A stretch of DNA of 64,000 nt from a virus. The stretch spans positions 1 to 64,000 of the IMG/VR virus record IMGVR_UViG_3300036834_000189; one strand, given 5' to 3'. Under the pieces are notes generated by a model, which was given only the letters and a program-made list of their open reading frames with translations, ran no database searches and was not told the DNA's origin. The translations under genes were made by a program, and so were the position numbers. Shown one piece after another: positions 9,634 through 20,548 of the stretch; position 1 is the first letter of the stretch; each line of letters starts with the position of its first letter.

Positions 9634-9690
9634 GAGCGAGGGCTCGATTGCCCGCACTCTTAAAATAGTGATTTCTGCTAAAAAAGTCAA
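9634..9690 (-). promoter_or_regulatory. Sigma70-type promoter plus conserved leader hairpin
   Basis: TTGACT-N17-TATTTT, then GCGGGC-AATCGA-GCCCTC. Confidence 0.7.
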
Positions 9691-10059
9691 CCTATTTTCT
9701 AAGGAAAAATTTCGGATACGGTGCAACTCGCCTTGTCGCTCTTTGTGTCATGGCTTGCTCGCTCAGCCCCGCAGAAGCCTGCTGGAGCGTTTTTCCCTTG
9801 GGGAGCTACCTCAGCACCCGCCGACCCGCTTCCCATGCCCCAGCGGGCGGCGCATGCGGTCTGTCGGGCGCGCTCCGCGGTCACGTCCACGTCTTGCCTG
9901 CGTTCAGCCACTTCACGATTCCCCGGGCCGTGCCATAGCTCGTGATGGCTGCCTCTAGTGATTCTGTCTCGGCGTCTTCCTTTTCCTGTTCGGCGCGGCG
10001 GGTTTGAGCCTCGGCGGCTTCCTCGGCGAGCAGTTCGTCGAGGGTCTTTTTCCTTTTGG

Positions 10060-10299
10060 TCATTGGCTTTTAATCTTGATGTCGGGTCCGAGCAGCTCGT
10101 TATCGATGAAGAACTGCGTTATTTCTTCCTCGGTCCGCCCAGAGAAGATCATGATGTCGATTGGCACACCCGTATCATTACCGTCGATCCGGATAAACGT
10201 GTCGCCTGGCTCGGCGCGGAATCTATCGAGGTTGCGAAACGACAGCCCGATGGCCAGCATGGTGCGACCATCAGGCCGTTTCAGTATTGCTTTGATCAT
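10060..10299 (-). CDS. Hypothetical protein
   Basis: GGAG SD and coupled ORF. Confidence 0.5.
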   Translation of the reverse strand: MIKAILKRPDGRTMLAIGLSFRNLDRFRAEPGDTFIRIDGNDTGVPIDIMIFSGRTEEEITQFFIDNELLGPDIKIKSQ

Positions 10300-10574
10300 T
10301 CACGACTCCGACTGGGCTTAGCTCGGTCTCGGCCCCATTATGGGGTGGTGCAGGAGCTGGATGGCCATCGCGACCCAGCTTCCGGGCGCAACGTCGTCCC
10401 TGAGTTTGGCCTCCCGAACCTGGGCGGCTTCCCCCTCGGTGAAAGGACCGAAGAATTCGAAGCCGCCCCCGTCGGTGCTGTCCACCGGCTGCCCGGTCAT
10501 GACAATCCAATTCTTTGGTCCGTTTTCCTTGCTCATTTTGGTGTGGCTTTCCTTGTCGTTATCTCTGTCTCGAC

Positions 10575-11045
10575 TCAAGCTGCCGGTCGGACCAGCACTT
10601 TGCGGGGGAAATGAAAGCCTCGCCCGACCCAATAGCGGATCATTCTAAAGTCGCCTTTCATCTCCATGATCGACGTGGTGATAGTCGACACGCCGAGATC
10701 GCTCGCGACCTCCTTGACGCTCATGCCGGAACGCTTGCGCGCCAGAAAGCAAAGCTCGGCGTCGTTTGCGTCGCTATCGTTCAGCGCGTCATCGAGCCAC
10801 CACCGGATCCGCGCCAGATCGTTGATCGAGAGCAAAGTCGTCTCGCCGTTTTCGAGCTTGATGTATTGGCTCAGGCTGACGCCGAGACCGTTCGCCGCCT
10901 CGCTCTGCGACATTGTTCCCTGCCGCCGACCGCGTGCTGTGCCCTCTACCGACGGCTGGCGATGTCGCCATAGCCACGCATTCTCCGCGAGGTCGCGACG
11001 CCCGAGGTCGAAGTTGATGCCGTTCATTCGTTGCTTTTTAGCCAT
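10575..11045 (-). CDS. Tandem XRE/Cro-type HTH regulator
   Basis: MSQSEAANGLGVSLSQYIKLENGE and MSVKEVASDLGVS...MEMKG; GGAGG SD. Confidence 0.75.
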   Translation of the reverse strand: MAKKQRMNGINFDLGRRDLAENAWLWRHRQPSVEGTARGRRQGTMSQSEAANGLGVSLSQYIKLENGETTLLSINDLARIRWWLDDALNDSDANDAELCFLARKRSGMSVKEVASDLGVSTITTSIMEMKGDFRMIRYWVGRGFHFPRKVLVRPAA

Positions 11046-11117
11046 CTAAAGTACCTCCATTGGTTGTTGATATATGCGAGGTTTCACGCGAAAATCAAGA
11101 TCCAGGCACCGCAGATC

Positions 11118-11395
11118 GGGCACGTTCCCTGGTTCATGGTTCGACTCATTACCGATGGCTCGCTCGACTATCATGGCGCGCTCACGTGGCGTGGTCCGCT
11201 CGTCATCTGTGGCTCGCTCGCCCTTTATGGTGCTCGCAGAAGGTTTGGCTCGCTCTCACATCGTGGTACTCTCTAAATCTTTGGCTCGCTCAACCTTGGT
11301 GGTACTCTCGCCTACGATGGCTCGCTCACCTTCCTTGGTACTCTCTAAATCCTTGGCTCGCTCGCATACTTTGGTTCGACTCGATGACGCTGGCT
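11118..11395 (-). ncRNA. Dual-spacer guide array A (TIGR-like), ~7 units
   Basis: Alternating TGGCTCGCTC and TGGTACTCTC/TGGTTCGACTC (plus strand) separated by 8-nt variable spacers. Confidence 0.85.
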
Positions 11396-11550
11396 GACGT
11401 GGGCTCTTCGTCTATCCCTTTTGCGCCCTAAGCGAATTTATCTTATATTCGAGATCTCTGGCGGGCTCCCACCTGTTTTTTCCTTTGGGGTGGGAGCCCC
11501 GCCGGGGCACGCCGCCCGGATGTTCCAGCATCGCGGGCGGCACCCTTACC

Positions 11551-11853
11551 TCAGCACGCGTAGTAATTCTGGGCGTAGGAGTTCCAGCAGCTTCGTGCCT
11601 GTGGATAATATGGTGGATAATACGGCGCAGGCGCAGGCGGATAGTAGGCCGGCGCCGGTGGATAATAGTATCCGTAGGGGTACGGGTTGTAGGCGTAGGG
11701 GGCGGCGAGCGCGGAGCCGAGCGCGAGACCGCCGAGCACTCCGAGCCCGATCCCCCAGCCGCCGCCGTGTCCGCCCCAGCCATGGGCGTCTGCGGGTGCT
11801 GTCATCGTCAGTGCGACCGTGATAGCGGCAGTAGCTAGTAGGGTTTTTATCAT
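11551..11853 (-). CDS. Secreted Gly/Pro/Tyr-rich small protein of alphaproteobacterial type
   Basis: Signal peptide, GWGGHGGGWGIGLGVLGGLALG, YYPP repeats, terminal Cys pair. Confidence 0.7.
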   Translation of the reverse strand: MIKTLLATAAITVALTMTAPADAHGWGGHGGGWGIGLGVLGGLALGSALAAPYAYNPYPYGYYYPPAPAYYPPAPAPYYPPYYPQARSCWNSYAQNYYAC

Positions 11854-11934
11854 TGATAAGTTTCCTTTTGTTGGCCGACGTTTCGTTCCAGTGTCGGGAT
11901 TTGGGGTGCGCCGGGAACCGCCCGGCGCGCGGTG

Positions 11935-12153
11935 TTACGCAGAAGTGTCGCGATAGATCTGGAGCCGGGTGGTGCGCAGTCCGGGTCGACCATGCGCCGC
12001 GAAGGCGCGTTGCCATTCCGCCAGCTCTTCGATTGTGAGTTGGTAGCGGTCCAGCGCCTCGTCGATCGACAAGGTACCGGCCGCGATCATCGCCAGAATC
12101 TCGGCTTTGCGGCGAGGAACCCAGCGCAGCGTCTTTACTGTAGTCAGTCCCAT
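11935..12153 (-). CDS. sciP: SciP/DUF1153 CtrA-inhibitor homologue 1
   Basis: RWVPRRKAEILAMI...EALDRYQLTIEELAEWQ...HGRPGLRTTRLQIYR matches the SciP consensus. Confidence 0.85.
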   Translation of the reverse strand: MGLTTVKTLRWVPRRKAEILAMIAAGTLSIDEALDRYQLTIEELAEWQRAFAAHGRPGLRTTRLQIYRDTSA

Positions 12154-12169
12154 TTCAGTCCCTCCTGTA

Positions 12170-12535
12170 CTAGTGCTGGTGGGCAGTTGAAGCGAATGCA
12201 GCGGCAAGTCCAAGACACTGACGCCGATCGGTCAGAAACATATGAATCCCGTGCTTCCCGCCGAAATCGACAATCCGTAGTACCTTGGGATCGATATCGG
12301 TATGAGCTTCTGCGGCGAACTTGGCGGTAACATCTTGGATTCCACCAACAAAGCCCATATCGCGGATGACATCGTCTGGGGTGTGTGCTGCGGGCAGTGA
12401 CGGTTCCCAGGCCTTGTAGATGTCTTCGATTGTCTGGCAGTTGTCGGAAGCATCGTACCATGAGGCGTGAGCGGGCGACGCTGCTACACTAGCGGTGGCG
12501 AGGGCGACCGCCGTCGCGACGGATTTGAACGACAT
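12170..12535 (-). CDS. Secreted hypothetical protein
   Basis: Signal peptide ending in AHA. Confidence 0.55.
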   Translation of the reverse strand: MSFKSVATAVALATASVAASPAHASWYDASDNCQTIEDIYKAWEPSLPAAHTPDDVIRDMGFVGGIQDVTAKFAAEAHTDIDPKVLRIVDFGGKHGIHMFLTDRRQCLGLAAAFASTAHQH

Positions 12536-12842
12536 TGTGGTATTCCTTTGTTTGCGACGCTTCCAGGCGTCGGCGGGACTTCCGCGACCACTCCTATTGG
12601 GTGGTTTCGGTCCGTGTCACTGGACCATGGTCTGCCGCGTCTTCGGTCATGGCTGCCCCCTCAACTTTTCTGCCAGCCGCTTCTCCAGTTCACGGCGTTC
12701 AATCTGGGTTGCTGCGAGATCGGGATGAACGCGGCGCTGGTGTTGCTCTGGGGTTTCGTCGAACCACGGTGGCGGCTCGTCGTTCAGCAGGGCGCGCATC
12801 GAGCATTGGATGCAGACGGTCGGCATGTCTCCTCCTGCTGAA

Positions 12843-12900
12843 GTGAGCGACTCGATTGCCCTCACGAATGCTTATATATCGCACTTTACTAATAAGTCAA
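12843..12900 (-). promoter_or_regulatory. Sigma70-type promoter plus conserved leader hairpin
   Basis: TTGACT-N16-TATATA, then GTGAGGGC-AATCGA-GTCGCTCAC, then an AGGAGG SD. Confidence 0.7.
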
Positions 12901-12931
12901 GTGTGATCCGGGGAAAAACGACCGGGCGGGT

Positions 12932-14512
12932 TCAGCCTCGTAAGCTCTCCCCGAGCTTTGGGTCCCTGAGCAATGCGTCGCGCAGGCTGTCGCCTTCCAG
13001 GATGAAGTCGAGCAGCTTCTGCTCGATCGGTGCGCACACCAGATCGTCGATGACCAGCGGCCGGCTGCCGCGCGCCAGCGGGCGAGCCTCGGCCTGCTTG
13101 CGCGCGATGACCGAAGCCGGCGATTCGAAAAACAGAATGTAGTCCGCCGCGCTCAGATCGATCGACATCCCGCCGGTCGCCGCGTTGGCGACCAGCACCG
13201 TCGAATCGCCTGCGCGAAACCGCTGGAGCAGTGCTGGGCGGTCGGTCGACCCGCCGTACAACCACTCGTGCGCGATCTTGCGCTTGGTCAGGAGCTGGCA
13301 CAGCAGCTCGCCGGTATGCGTGTACTCGTGGAAGATGATGAATTTGAAATCCGGCTCCTGACCGAGAAAGTCGTCGAGCCAGACCAGCTTGGCGGCCCCG
13401 GGAAAGTCGACGATGCGCCGCCGGCCGTGGTCGTCGGTGAACGGCAGATAGCCGCTGGCGATCTGCCGCAGCCGGACAAAGATGTTGTCGATCTCGACCG
13501 TGTCGCCTTTGCGCAGCGCGACCAGGGTATCGACGGCGGCGCCGTAGGCCTCGCGCTGCTCCGCTGTCATCGACAGGCGGACCATGCCGTTCAGGACATC
13601 GATGTCCTGCACGTCGCGCAATGCGCAGTGCAGGGTCATCGCCGACATCTTGTCGCGCAGCAGCGGCATCTTCTTGTGGTCGAAGACATAGTCGGTCTTC
13701 GACCATTTGAAGTGGTTGTACTTCTTCGTCGAGAACGCTTCCTCGAAAAAATGATAGACGCTCGACAACGCTTCGCCGCGGTCGATCAGAAAGGCTTGCG
13801 CCCACAGGAGCAGTGGATCGCGGCCGAACGGCGTCCCGGTCAATCCCAAACGCCACGTGCAGTGCGCCGTCAGCTCTTTGGCGATGCCGAACCGCAAGGT
13901 GTCGTAATGCCCAGCCATATGGATCTCGTCGATGACGACGGCGTCAAAGGCCGGGGCCACCGAGCGCACCAGCGGCAAGTTGGTATAAAGTTTTTCTTTC
14001 CCCGCGCGCCGCCCCTGGGTCGCCAGCCGCTTGACGCTGAAGATCTGCTGGAGGGTGCTCCAAGCGATGACGATCCCGTCGACACCGGGGGCGCGGGCTG
14101 CTTCGAGAAAGCGGTCCGCGGCGCCCGCGCCGCTGGTGATGGCGGTGATGTCGAGGTGCGAATGGAAGGGGATCTGGCTCATCCACTCGTCCGCGCCGAT
14201 CGGCGCGTGCGCGATGATCAGTGATTTTCGGGTGAGTATCCCGCTGTAAATCAAATGCGACAGCCAATCGAGGGCAATTTTGGTTTTTCCGGTGCGCATT
14301 TCATAAAACAACAGCGCCCGGCGCGCCCACAGGGCAAACGCCACGGCTTCGAGCTGGTGGCGGCGCGGTGTCGTCCTGGTCAGAAATTCATGCTCGCCGA
14401 TCGAGAAGATAAATGCTTCGAGACGGGATTGCTGAGCGCCGCGGAACTCGAACGGCGGCGGATCTGGTCGGTAGAGGAGAAAGCGGGAAATTGCTTGCTG
14501 TGAAGTCGGCAT
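12932..14512 (-). CDS. SNF2-related helicase 2
   Basis: EMRTGKT, DEIH, LTGTP, GGMSIDL, QAEAR. Confidence 0.85.
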   Translation of the reverse strand: MPTSQQAISRFLLYRPDPPPFEFRGAQQSRLEAFIFSIGEHEFLTRTTPRRHQLEAVAFALWARRALLFYEMRTGKTKIALDWLSHLIYSGILTRKSLIIAHAPIGADEWMSQIPFHSHLDITAITSGAGAADRFLEAARAPGVDGIVIAWSTLQQIFSVKRLATQGRRAGKEKLYTNLPLVRSVAPAFDAVVIDEIHMAGHYDTLRFGIAKELTAHCTWRLGLTGTPFGRDPLLLWAQAFLIDRGEALSSVYHFFEEAFSTKKYNHFKWSKTDYVFDHKKMPLLRDKMSAMTLHCALRDVQDIDVLNGMVRLSMTAEQREAYGAAVDTLVALRKGDTVEIDNIFVRLRQIASGYLPFTDDHGRRRIVDFPGAAKLVWLDDFLGQEPDFKFIIFHEYTHTGELLCQLLTKRKIAHEWLYGGSTDRPALLQRFRAGDSTVLVANAATGGMSIDLSAADYILFFESPASVIARKQAEARPLARGSRPLVIDDLVCAPIEQKLLDFILEGDSLRDALLRDPKLGESLRG

Positions 14513-16138
14513 TTAGACGGTGCGCGGCACCGGCGGTGTTTCACCTGTCCTATAATTTCGCGGTGACCCAGGCGAATCAGGCCCTAACACGGGCCTCGTC
14601 GGTCTCGGCTCGATCGGCTCGCTCGGCGGTGCGCTGTTCAGCCGACTCTTGGCAAATTGGATGGTGGGTTGACCGCGTCTGATCGTCGGCTTGCGCCGGG
14701 TCCATACCTCAGCTCGCATTACATCGGCTAGATACCCGATGGTCGTCAGATCTTTCTTGTCCCACTGCGCGTAGTTCCGGTCCTCATCGGTGATCGCGCC
14801 CGCGGTGAACGCTTCGACGGCGGCGTGGTGGATGCCCGGCACGCCGATTGTGATGTCGCAATCGTTCCACCTGAAGAAACGCTCGCCTCGCAGATGCTCG
14901 CGCACGACGATCTCCCGGCCATTGGCGAGCCGCCGCAGATGCGGGCGTCGCAGGTGCAGGATCTGCCCGCGCCGCCCGCTGTCCGCGTCGGGCTCGCGGT
15001 CACCAAAGAAGGCGCGCATGTTGGTGATCGGTAGACCGATCCTGACCGAGTTCCCACGGCGGCGCAACGTCACCTGGACCCCGCTGAGCGCGCTGGTCGT
15101 CATCGCCAGTACGAGATTGAACATGACCCTGACAAAGAAGTCCGGCCCCTTCTTCGTCTCCTGCAATCCCGGCGGCACCATCATGCCGGAATGGTGGACG
15201 ACATCGCCGTTCGGCAGTTTCTGCTGTAACGACATCTGGCACGGCAACGCCTTGACCGAGCCGTCGGGCAGGACGCCGACGAGCCACGAGGCACCCCAGC
15301 AACCGCGCGCACACGGGTATTTCTTCAACTCCTGGCGGCTGAAGGCCTCGCGGCCCAGGCTGATCACGTTGTGGCGGAAGATCGTGGTTCCCGGCGGTGC
15401 GGCGGTCGCGTAGTTCTTGGTAAGTTTCTCGAAAAACTCAAAGTCGAAAAACGCCGGTCTGTCATGGATGATGTCCTCGCGATAGTCTGCTTTGGTGCGC
15501 GGGACAAACGTGCCCACCTTGCTGGGCAGCCGGTCGGCGTTGGGAATCTTGAGGCGGACGATCTCGCGCTCGTAAACCGCGATGTTCCGCAGCGCGATCG
15601 GGGTGCCGACCCCGGAGAAATAACGATAGATGTCGCCGTCTTTGCGCCGCAGCTTGTCGAACAGTTCGAAATAATCATCGATCCCTTCGAGCAGGTCCTC
15701 GACCGTGGTGTGCTGGTTGCGCTCATTGGCCAGCAACTCCTTGGCCCAGTCCGCCATCTCAGGGGTCTGCCAGTTCTCCTGTGACGGCGCTGCCTCGGCA
15801 ACCGGCTCGCGATGCTCAACCGTCCGCGCCCGCCGCACCTTTGACGTGGCCCGACGCACGACGTGGGCATTCTGACGGCGCTGCTTGCGATTGGCCGCCG
15901 GTTCGAGCACCTCGGGTTCCGGTTCGAGCACCTCGGGTTCCGGTTCGAGCACCTCGGGTTCCGGTTCGAGCGCCTCGGGTTCCGCCTCGTCGAGCGCCTC
16001 GGGTCCTGGCCACCACTCGGGCAGTGGCGCAAGCGGCAACAGACTGGTGCCGCCTACCGCAGCCATGTGGCCAGCCCACCAATGATGCCACAAATTGGTG
16101 ATCTCGGCTGCGCTGAGTTGGCGGGCATCGAGCCGCAT
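14513..16138 (-). CDS. Hypothetical protein with (EPEVLEP)n repeat
   Basis: 541-aa ORF abutting the helicase; 21-bp tandem repeat near 15900-15985. Confidence 0.6.
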   Translation of the reverse strand: MRLDARQLSAAEITNLWHHWWAGHMAAVGGTSLLPLAPLPEWWPGPEALDEAEPEALEPEPEVLEPEPEVLEPEPEVLEPAANRKQRRQNAHVVRRATSKVRRARTVEHREPVAEAAPSQENWQTPEMADWAKELLANERNQHTTVEDLLEGIDDYFELFDKLRRKDGDIYRYFSGVGTPIALRNIAVYEREIVRLKIPNADRLPSKVGTFVPRTKADYREDIIHDRPAFFDFEFFEKLTKNYATAAPPGTTIFRHNVISLGREAFSRQELKKYPCARGCWGASWLVGVLPDGSVKALPCQMSLQQKLPNGDVVHHSGMMVPPGLQETKKGPDFFVRVMFNLVLAMTTSALSGVQVTLRRRGNSVRIGLPITNMRAFFGDREPDADSGRRGQILHLRRPHLRRLANGREIVVREHLRGERFFRWNDCDITIGVPGIHHAAVEAFTAGAITDEDRNYAQWDKKDLTTIGYLADVMRAEVWTRRKPTIRRGQPTIQFAKSRLNSAPPSEPIEPRPTRPVLGPDSPGSPRNYRTGETPPVPRTV

Positions 16139-16285
16139 TGACGCACTCCCCTGTGCAGTGCCCCTGCCGCGGAAAGGGTGCGCGTGGCAGCCTGAGCAGG
16201 ATCAGGCGTTCGGTGTACGGCCTAGCCACGCCGTCCCAGTCTGTCATTAGGCAAGCAGCGAATGCAAGGATTGCGATCCGCCGCA

Positions 16286-17692
16286 TCATCTCGGTCCCTC
16301 TTCCGCGGCGATCTCATTCTCCAGCTGCTCCTTCAACGTCGCATTGAAATACTCCGAATCCAAGTGAAACTGCCCGCGGTCGTAGGACTGCGTGATAAAT
16401 GCGATCCACTTGTCCTGCGCGTTGCGCGCCTTGTCGACCAAGATGCGTGCGATACCCTGCTTGTGCTCGTGCGGGGTCTGTGAGTACGTCAGGAAGGTGT
16501 CGGCGGTGTGCACGATCGACCAGTCCTCGGCGACCGCGCCGGCAGTCACCAGCCCGGCGGTCAGCGCCCGGCGATGCGCCTGGACGACAGTCATAAAGGC
16601 GAACCGCCGGATCTCGGCGAGCCCGCGCAGGTCGCGCGCCAGCTTGCCCATCGCGACCCGTAGATCGCGAGTGTCGATGTTCATCAGCGCGAGGTAGTCG
16701 AGCAGCACGATGTCGGGTTTGAACTCATGCAGCTTGTCGAGCGAGTCGAGATACGCGACGAGCATCCCGAGCGACAATGTGCCGGTTGGGAAGTGCTTGA
16801 CGAGCAATTGCCCGCGCCGTTGGAATGGCGCAAGACGGTGCGCCAGCTCGTGGTAGCCGAGTGATCCGAGCGACTCGGCTGTCGGGTTGTCGGGCCGCCG
16901 CCGCAATCGCGCTTCGCTGCCGCCGTCCCCGCGGTCGAACAAGCGCACCTCGACCGTCTTGGTCTGGTCGCGGGTCAGCGACAGCAGGCATTGAGTATAG
17001 CGCCCCAAGGTCACGTCGAGCGAATTTTCCAGCGTGATGTGCAATACGTTTTTGTGCTCGTCGATTGCGTTGTGCTTCCCGGCGTTGATCAGAAACCAGG
17101 ATTTCCCGGTGCCGCTGCAGCCGAGCAGGGCAAAGAACTCGCCGCGCGCCGGCCGCACGCCACGCTCGTCGAGCGTGTCGATGCCGCAGGCGAAGCGGTC
17201 GTGGTCTTCTTCGTCGTCGCGCAGAAACGCCAGCCACCGCTCAGTGTCGCGGAGAAAGACCCCCGGCTTGTCGAGCGTCACGACATCGGGGGTGGCGAGA
17301 GTTTCGCGCGCCTCTTCGAGGCTGCCGGCATGCAGCAGATCGGAAGCTCGGTTGACGGTATTGATCAATCGCTGGGTGGCCAAAAATCTGTCGAGTTCGC
17401 CGAGGACGTAGGCTTCCTGCAGCTCGGGTCCGAGCCGCTCCATCTCGCGCAGGATCTCGGTCATGAACCGGCCCTCGGGACCGCGGCGGATCTCGTCTTC
17501 GAGGATGTCGCCGATGTGCGCGCGGGCCGGGCGGTTGTGCCGTTCGAGAAAGTCGAGCGCGGCGGCAGCAATGGTCCGGTAGGTCTGTGTACTGAAATCG
17601 GTTATTTTGATCTTCAGCGCGATCTGCGGCGCGAGCCGGTCGTGCCAGCACAACGCTGTGATTATATTATCTTCGAGCGAGCCACCTAACAT
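16286..17692 (-). CDS. DnaB-like replicative helicase
   Basis: GCSGTGKS Walker A, HITLEN, LLDYL Walker B, QAHR, KARN. Confidence 0.85.
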   Translation of the reverse strand: MLGGSLEDNIITALCWHDRLAPQIALKIKITDFSTQTYRTIAAAALDFLERHNRPARAHIGDILEDEIRRGPEGRFMTEILREMERLGPELQEAYVLGELDRFLATQRLINTVNRASDLLHAGSLEEARETLATPDVVTLDKPGVFLRDTERWLAFLRDDEEDHDRFACGIDTLDERGVRPARGEFFALLGCSGTGKSWFLINAGKHNAIDEHKNVLHITLENSLDVTLGRYTQCLLSLTRDQTKTVEVRLFDRGDGGSEARLRRRPDNPTAESLGSLGYHELAHRLAPFQRRGQLLVKHFPTGTLSLGMLVAYLDSLDKLHEFKPDIVLLDYLALMNIDTRDLRVAMGKLARDLRGLAEIRRFAFMTVVQAHRRALTAGLVTAGAVAEDWSIVHTADTFLTYSQTPHEHKQGIARILVDKARNAQDKWIAFITQSYDRGQFHLDSEYFNATLKEQLENEIAAEEGPR

Positions 17693-17757
17693 TTTAGTTA
17701 TTCTCGCTCAGGCAGACTTTCATCTTTTTTTGCAGGCATCGTACCTCCCCCCCCCCC

Positions 17758-17988
17758 TCACAACCACGTCTCGACAATGACCGGATCGTCGCCGGCTTCG
17801 CGGATGAAGCGGGTCAGGCCGAGCGGCAGTTTGGCACGCAACTCGGACAATGAGGATGCGGTCAATGTATCCCTGGTCGGCACCGGTTCACTGGCGCCGC
17901 CGCCAATCTCAAAGCGCCGGGCGATAAAGCCATTGCAATAATCGGCTGGGTGGTCATAGATCGTCCACATCGATAGTTTGCGCGGCAT
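17758..17988 (-). CDS. Hypothetical phage protein
   Basis: WTIYDHPADY...FIARRF...DDPVIVETWL. Confidence 0.6.
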   Translation of the reverse strand: MPRKLSMWTIYDHPADYCNGFIARRFEIGGGASEPVPTRDTLTASSLSELRAKLPLGLTRFIREAGDDPVIVETWL

Positions 17989-17992
17989 GAAT

Positions 17993-18376
17993 TCACAGCC
18001 CGCGCCGCGCCAGTCTTTCCTCGACGATGCGGTCCAGTACCGCTGCCTGCTTTTCGGTCAAGCGCCTCCACTGCTGGATCGATTCGGCGATCGAGTCGAT
18101 GAAGTCGCGCTCCCAAGCACTGAGCAAGGTAGCATGCTGCCGGCAGCGCTCGATCTGCTCCATACGGGAATCATACGTGTCTTCTTCGGCAAATAGATCA
18201 CGCTGTTTTGGGCGTTGGCGAAAACCGCCGATTTGGACGATCAAGTCGTTCCATTCGAGCTGGCGGTTGCGCACCAGCTTGTGGATCAGCCGCGCGGCGT
18301 TGACGACCTCGCCGTCGAAGTGCGAGCCGAGCATGCCCAGCAGTTTGATCAGCCGGTCACGATCGTTCTCGACCAT
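17993..18376 (-). CDS. Hypothetical phage protein
   Basis: LIKLLGMLGSHFDGE...WERDFIDSI...LTEKQ. Confidence 0.65.
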   Translation of the reverse strand: MVENDRDRLIKLLGMLGSHFDGEVVNAARLIHKLVRNRQLEWNDLIVQIGGFRQRPKQRDLFAEEDTYDSRMEQIERCRQHATLLSAWERDFIDSIAESIQQWRRLTEKQAAVLDRIVEERLARRGL

Positions 18377-18379
18377 GAA

Positions 18380-19477
18380 TCACTCTGCTCTGAACCACCC
18401 ATAAGTCTGGCCTAGCCATTTGGTGAAGCGCTCCCAGCTCGATCCGTGCTTGACCAGTAGGTTGGGTACCATGGCTCTTCCGGCGCCGAGGTGTCTTTCT
18501 CTCTCCAGCTCCCGCTCCAGAGCATTGATCGAGCCCCCCAGAAACCGTTTCAAATACCATGCGATGTGCCGCTCCTTGCGGGCGTGCAGGCTCACCACGT
18601 GTCCGTTTACCTGATACGCTACCATCGACGGCTGTCCCGGAGGCAGTATCGGCGACGACGCCTGTGCCGGTGTCGATACGACAATGGGCACGACAATGGG
18701 CACGACAACAGGCGCGGCAACGGGCGCGACAGGCGGTGGAAGCGGCGCCGTGTGCTCGATGAGCGTTTCGGTGAGATCCGTGACGATTTGCACGGGCGTA
18801 GCGGCGTGGTCTCGCACGTGGCGGCGGGAGCCCCGCCGTCGACCGCGCCGTCCCGCTCGGTGTCGGTCTGGCGGTTGCGCAAGGGCAGGAGCCGGCTCGC
18901 CGTCGATGATAGGGTCTGGTGAGGATGTGACGGGCTCACCAGACCCCTTCGCTGGCCCGTCGCCGTCACACGATGCGGGTTCGCGAAACTCGGAGACAGC
19001 GGCTTGCATCTCGGATTGCAAGCGTGGTACCGACTCGACAACCGGCGCGACCGCCGATCCGACCGGCTCGCCAGCCGCGCACGCCAGACATACCACACCC
19101 TTGCGCGCCGTCCAACCCGATTTGATCACCGGTCCGTCGCACACCTCGCATACCCGCCCAGCGACATAGCGCAACCGTATCCTGGTGCCCCACTGATACC
19201 CTTTGCCCGAGATCGGCGGCTCTGAATCGACTCCGATCAGCGAGATCTTCGTGCGGAACAGCCGCCAGCGAGCTTCGAAATTGGACGGCAGCCCGCCGCC
19301 GTCGGACGGCAGCCCGCCGCCACGGCGCTGAAGCTGCAGGGTCGCACGCATGGCGTGGTGCAGCGGGATGTCCTTCTCCACCGCCTCGAACAGATCGCCG
19401 ACATTGTGCCACTGCATGTCGCGCAGCTGTGCGTACACCCGGTTCTGCCACCCCGTACCGCCGTCGCACTGGGACAT
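18380..19477 (-). CDS. Hypothetical protein with zinc finger
   Basis: CEVC...CLAC; abuts the upstream gene. Confidence 0.55.
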   Translation of the reverse strand: MSQCDGGTGWQNRVYAQLRDMQWHNVGDLFEAVEKDIPLHHAMRATLQLQRRGGGLPSDGGGLPSNFEARWRLFRTKISLIGVDSEPPISGKGYQWGTRIRLRYVAGRVCEVCDGPVIKSGWTARKGVVCLACAAGEPVGSAVAPVVESVPRLQSEMQAAVSEFREPASCDGDGPAKGSGEPVTSSPDPIIDGEPAPALAQPPDRHRAGRRGRRRGSRRHVRDHAATPVQIVTDLTETLIEHTAPLPPPVAPVAAPVVVPIVVPIVVSTPAQASSPILPPGQPSMVAYQVNGHVVSLHARKERHIAWYLKRFLGGSINALERELERERHLGAGRAMVPNLLVKHGSSWERFTKWLGQTYGWFRAE

Positions 19478-20548
19478 TCAGTGGACCGCGGCAGCGCCTG
19501 TGCCGATCATCGCCGACTGCGCCACCCGCAGCCGCCGCTGCCGCTCCAACTCGGCGATCACCTTCTTCAGATGCTCGACCGCGCTCTCGCAGACCGTGAT
19601 GGCCTGATCCAGATCGCCGACCGCGCTCAGATGCAGATGGTCGATGGTGTTGCCCTCGATATCCTTCAGCAGAGCCTTGCATTTGCCCAGCATGCGCTGC
19701 GCCGGGGCCGATGGAATCCGGCCATGCCGACGCATCGCCTCCTGCATGCGCTTCACTGCCAGATCGACATACCTGTCGACCACCGCCAGACCCGCCGTCT
19801 CCTCGCGCGGGGCTTTCTTGATCTCGCGGATCATCGAATCGATCTCGACCGGCAAGACCCCAGTCATCTGGGCGAATTGCGCCGCTTTTTGAAAGACCAC
19901 GTCGGAGTGGATCGCATTGAGCTGGATCTGCGCGGCCTTGGACAATTTGGCGCGGTTGAAGTCGTACCCGAAGCGCTGACCCCGGCGCAGCGCCTGATCG
20001 GCGGTCCATGCGGCTCGGACAGTCTTCTCTCTGAGGCGCCATTCCTTGCACAGCAGGGGCAGCGACCGGTCCGGGTGCTTTTCGTGCAACAGCAGGACTT
20101 GAGCGATGCGGTCCTGGATCGTGACGCCCTGCCCCTCGATCGTGTTGAGTTGTCGGATCAGCACCTCTTCGCGGTATTTGTCCGGCTCGATCACGACATA
20201 GGCGTCGAAGTCCTTGCGGTCGATCGCTTCGGCCCCTTTGACGCGGTGCACTCCGGTGGCGATCAGGTACTTTTTCCCGGGGGCGGCGGTGGCTGATTGC
20301 AGGTCGAGCTGCAACAGCACGATCGCCGGAAACTCGTCGCCGGCCTCCATCGCGATCCCGTACGAGATCGCCAAGTCCTCGTTGAGCCGCCGGATTATCC
20401 GCGACGGATTGTCCTCCGACGCCTTGATGTCGATCTCGCTCAGCGGCACCTTTGGCAGATACCGCCATTTGAAGCCGCCGTTGTTGAGAAACTGTTCAGT
20501 CTTTAAATCCTTCATCACGTTCTTCCATTCCCGGCATTGCACCGGCAT
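19478..20548 (-). CDS. ParB/Srx-like domain protein
   Basis: FPAIVL...YLIATGVHRVKGA motif. Confidence 0.55.
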   Translation of the reverse strand: MPVQCREWKNVMKDLKTEQFLNNGGFKWRYLPKVPLSEIDIKASEDNPSRIIRRLNEDLAISYGIAMEAGDEFPAIVLLQLDLQSATAAPGKKYLIATGVHRVKGAEAIDRKDFDAYVVIEPDKYREEVLIRQLNTIEGQGVTIQDRIAQVLLLHEKHPDRSLPLLCKEWRLREKTVRAAWTADQALRRGQRFGYDFNRAKLSKAAQIQLNAIHSDVVFQKAAQFAQMTGVLPVEIDSMIREIKKAPREETAGLAVVDRYVDLAVKRMQEAMRRHGRIPSAPAQRMLGKCKALLKDIEGNTIDHLHLSAVGDLDQAITVCESAVEHLKKVIAELERQRRLRVAQSAMIGTGAAAVH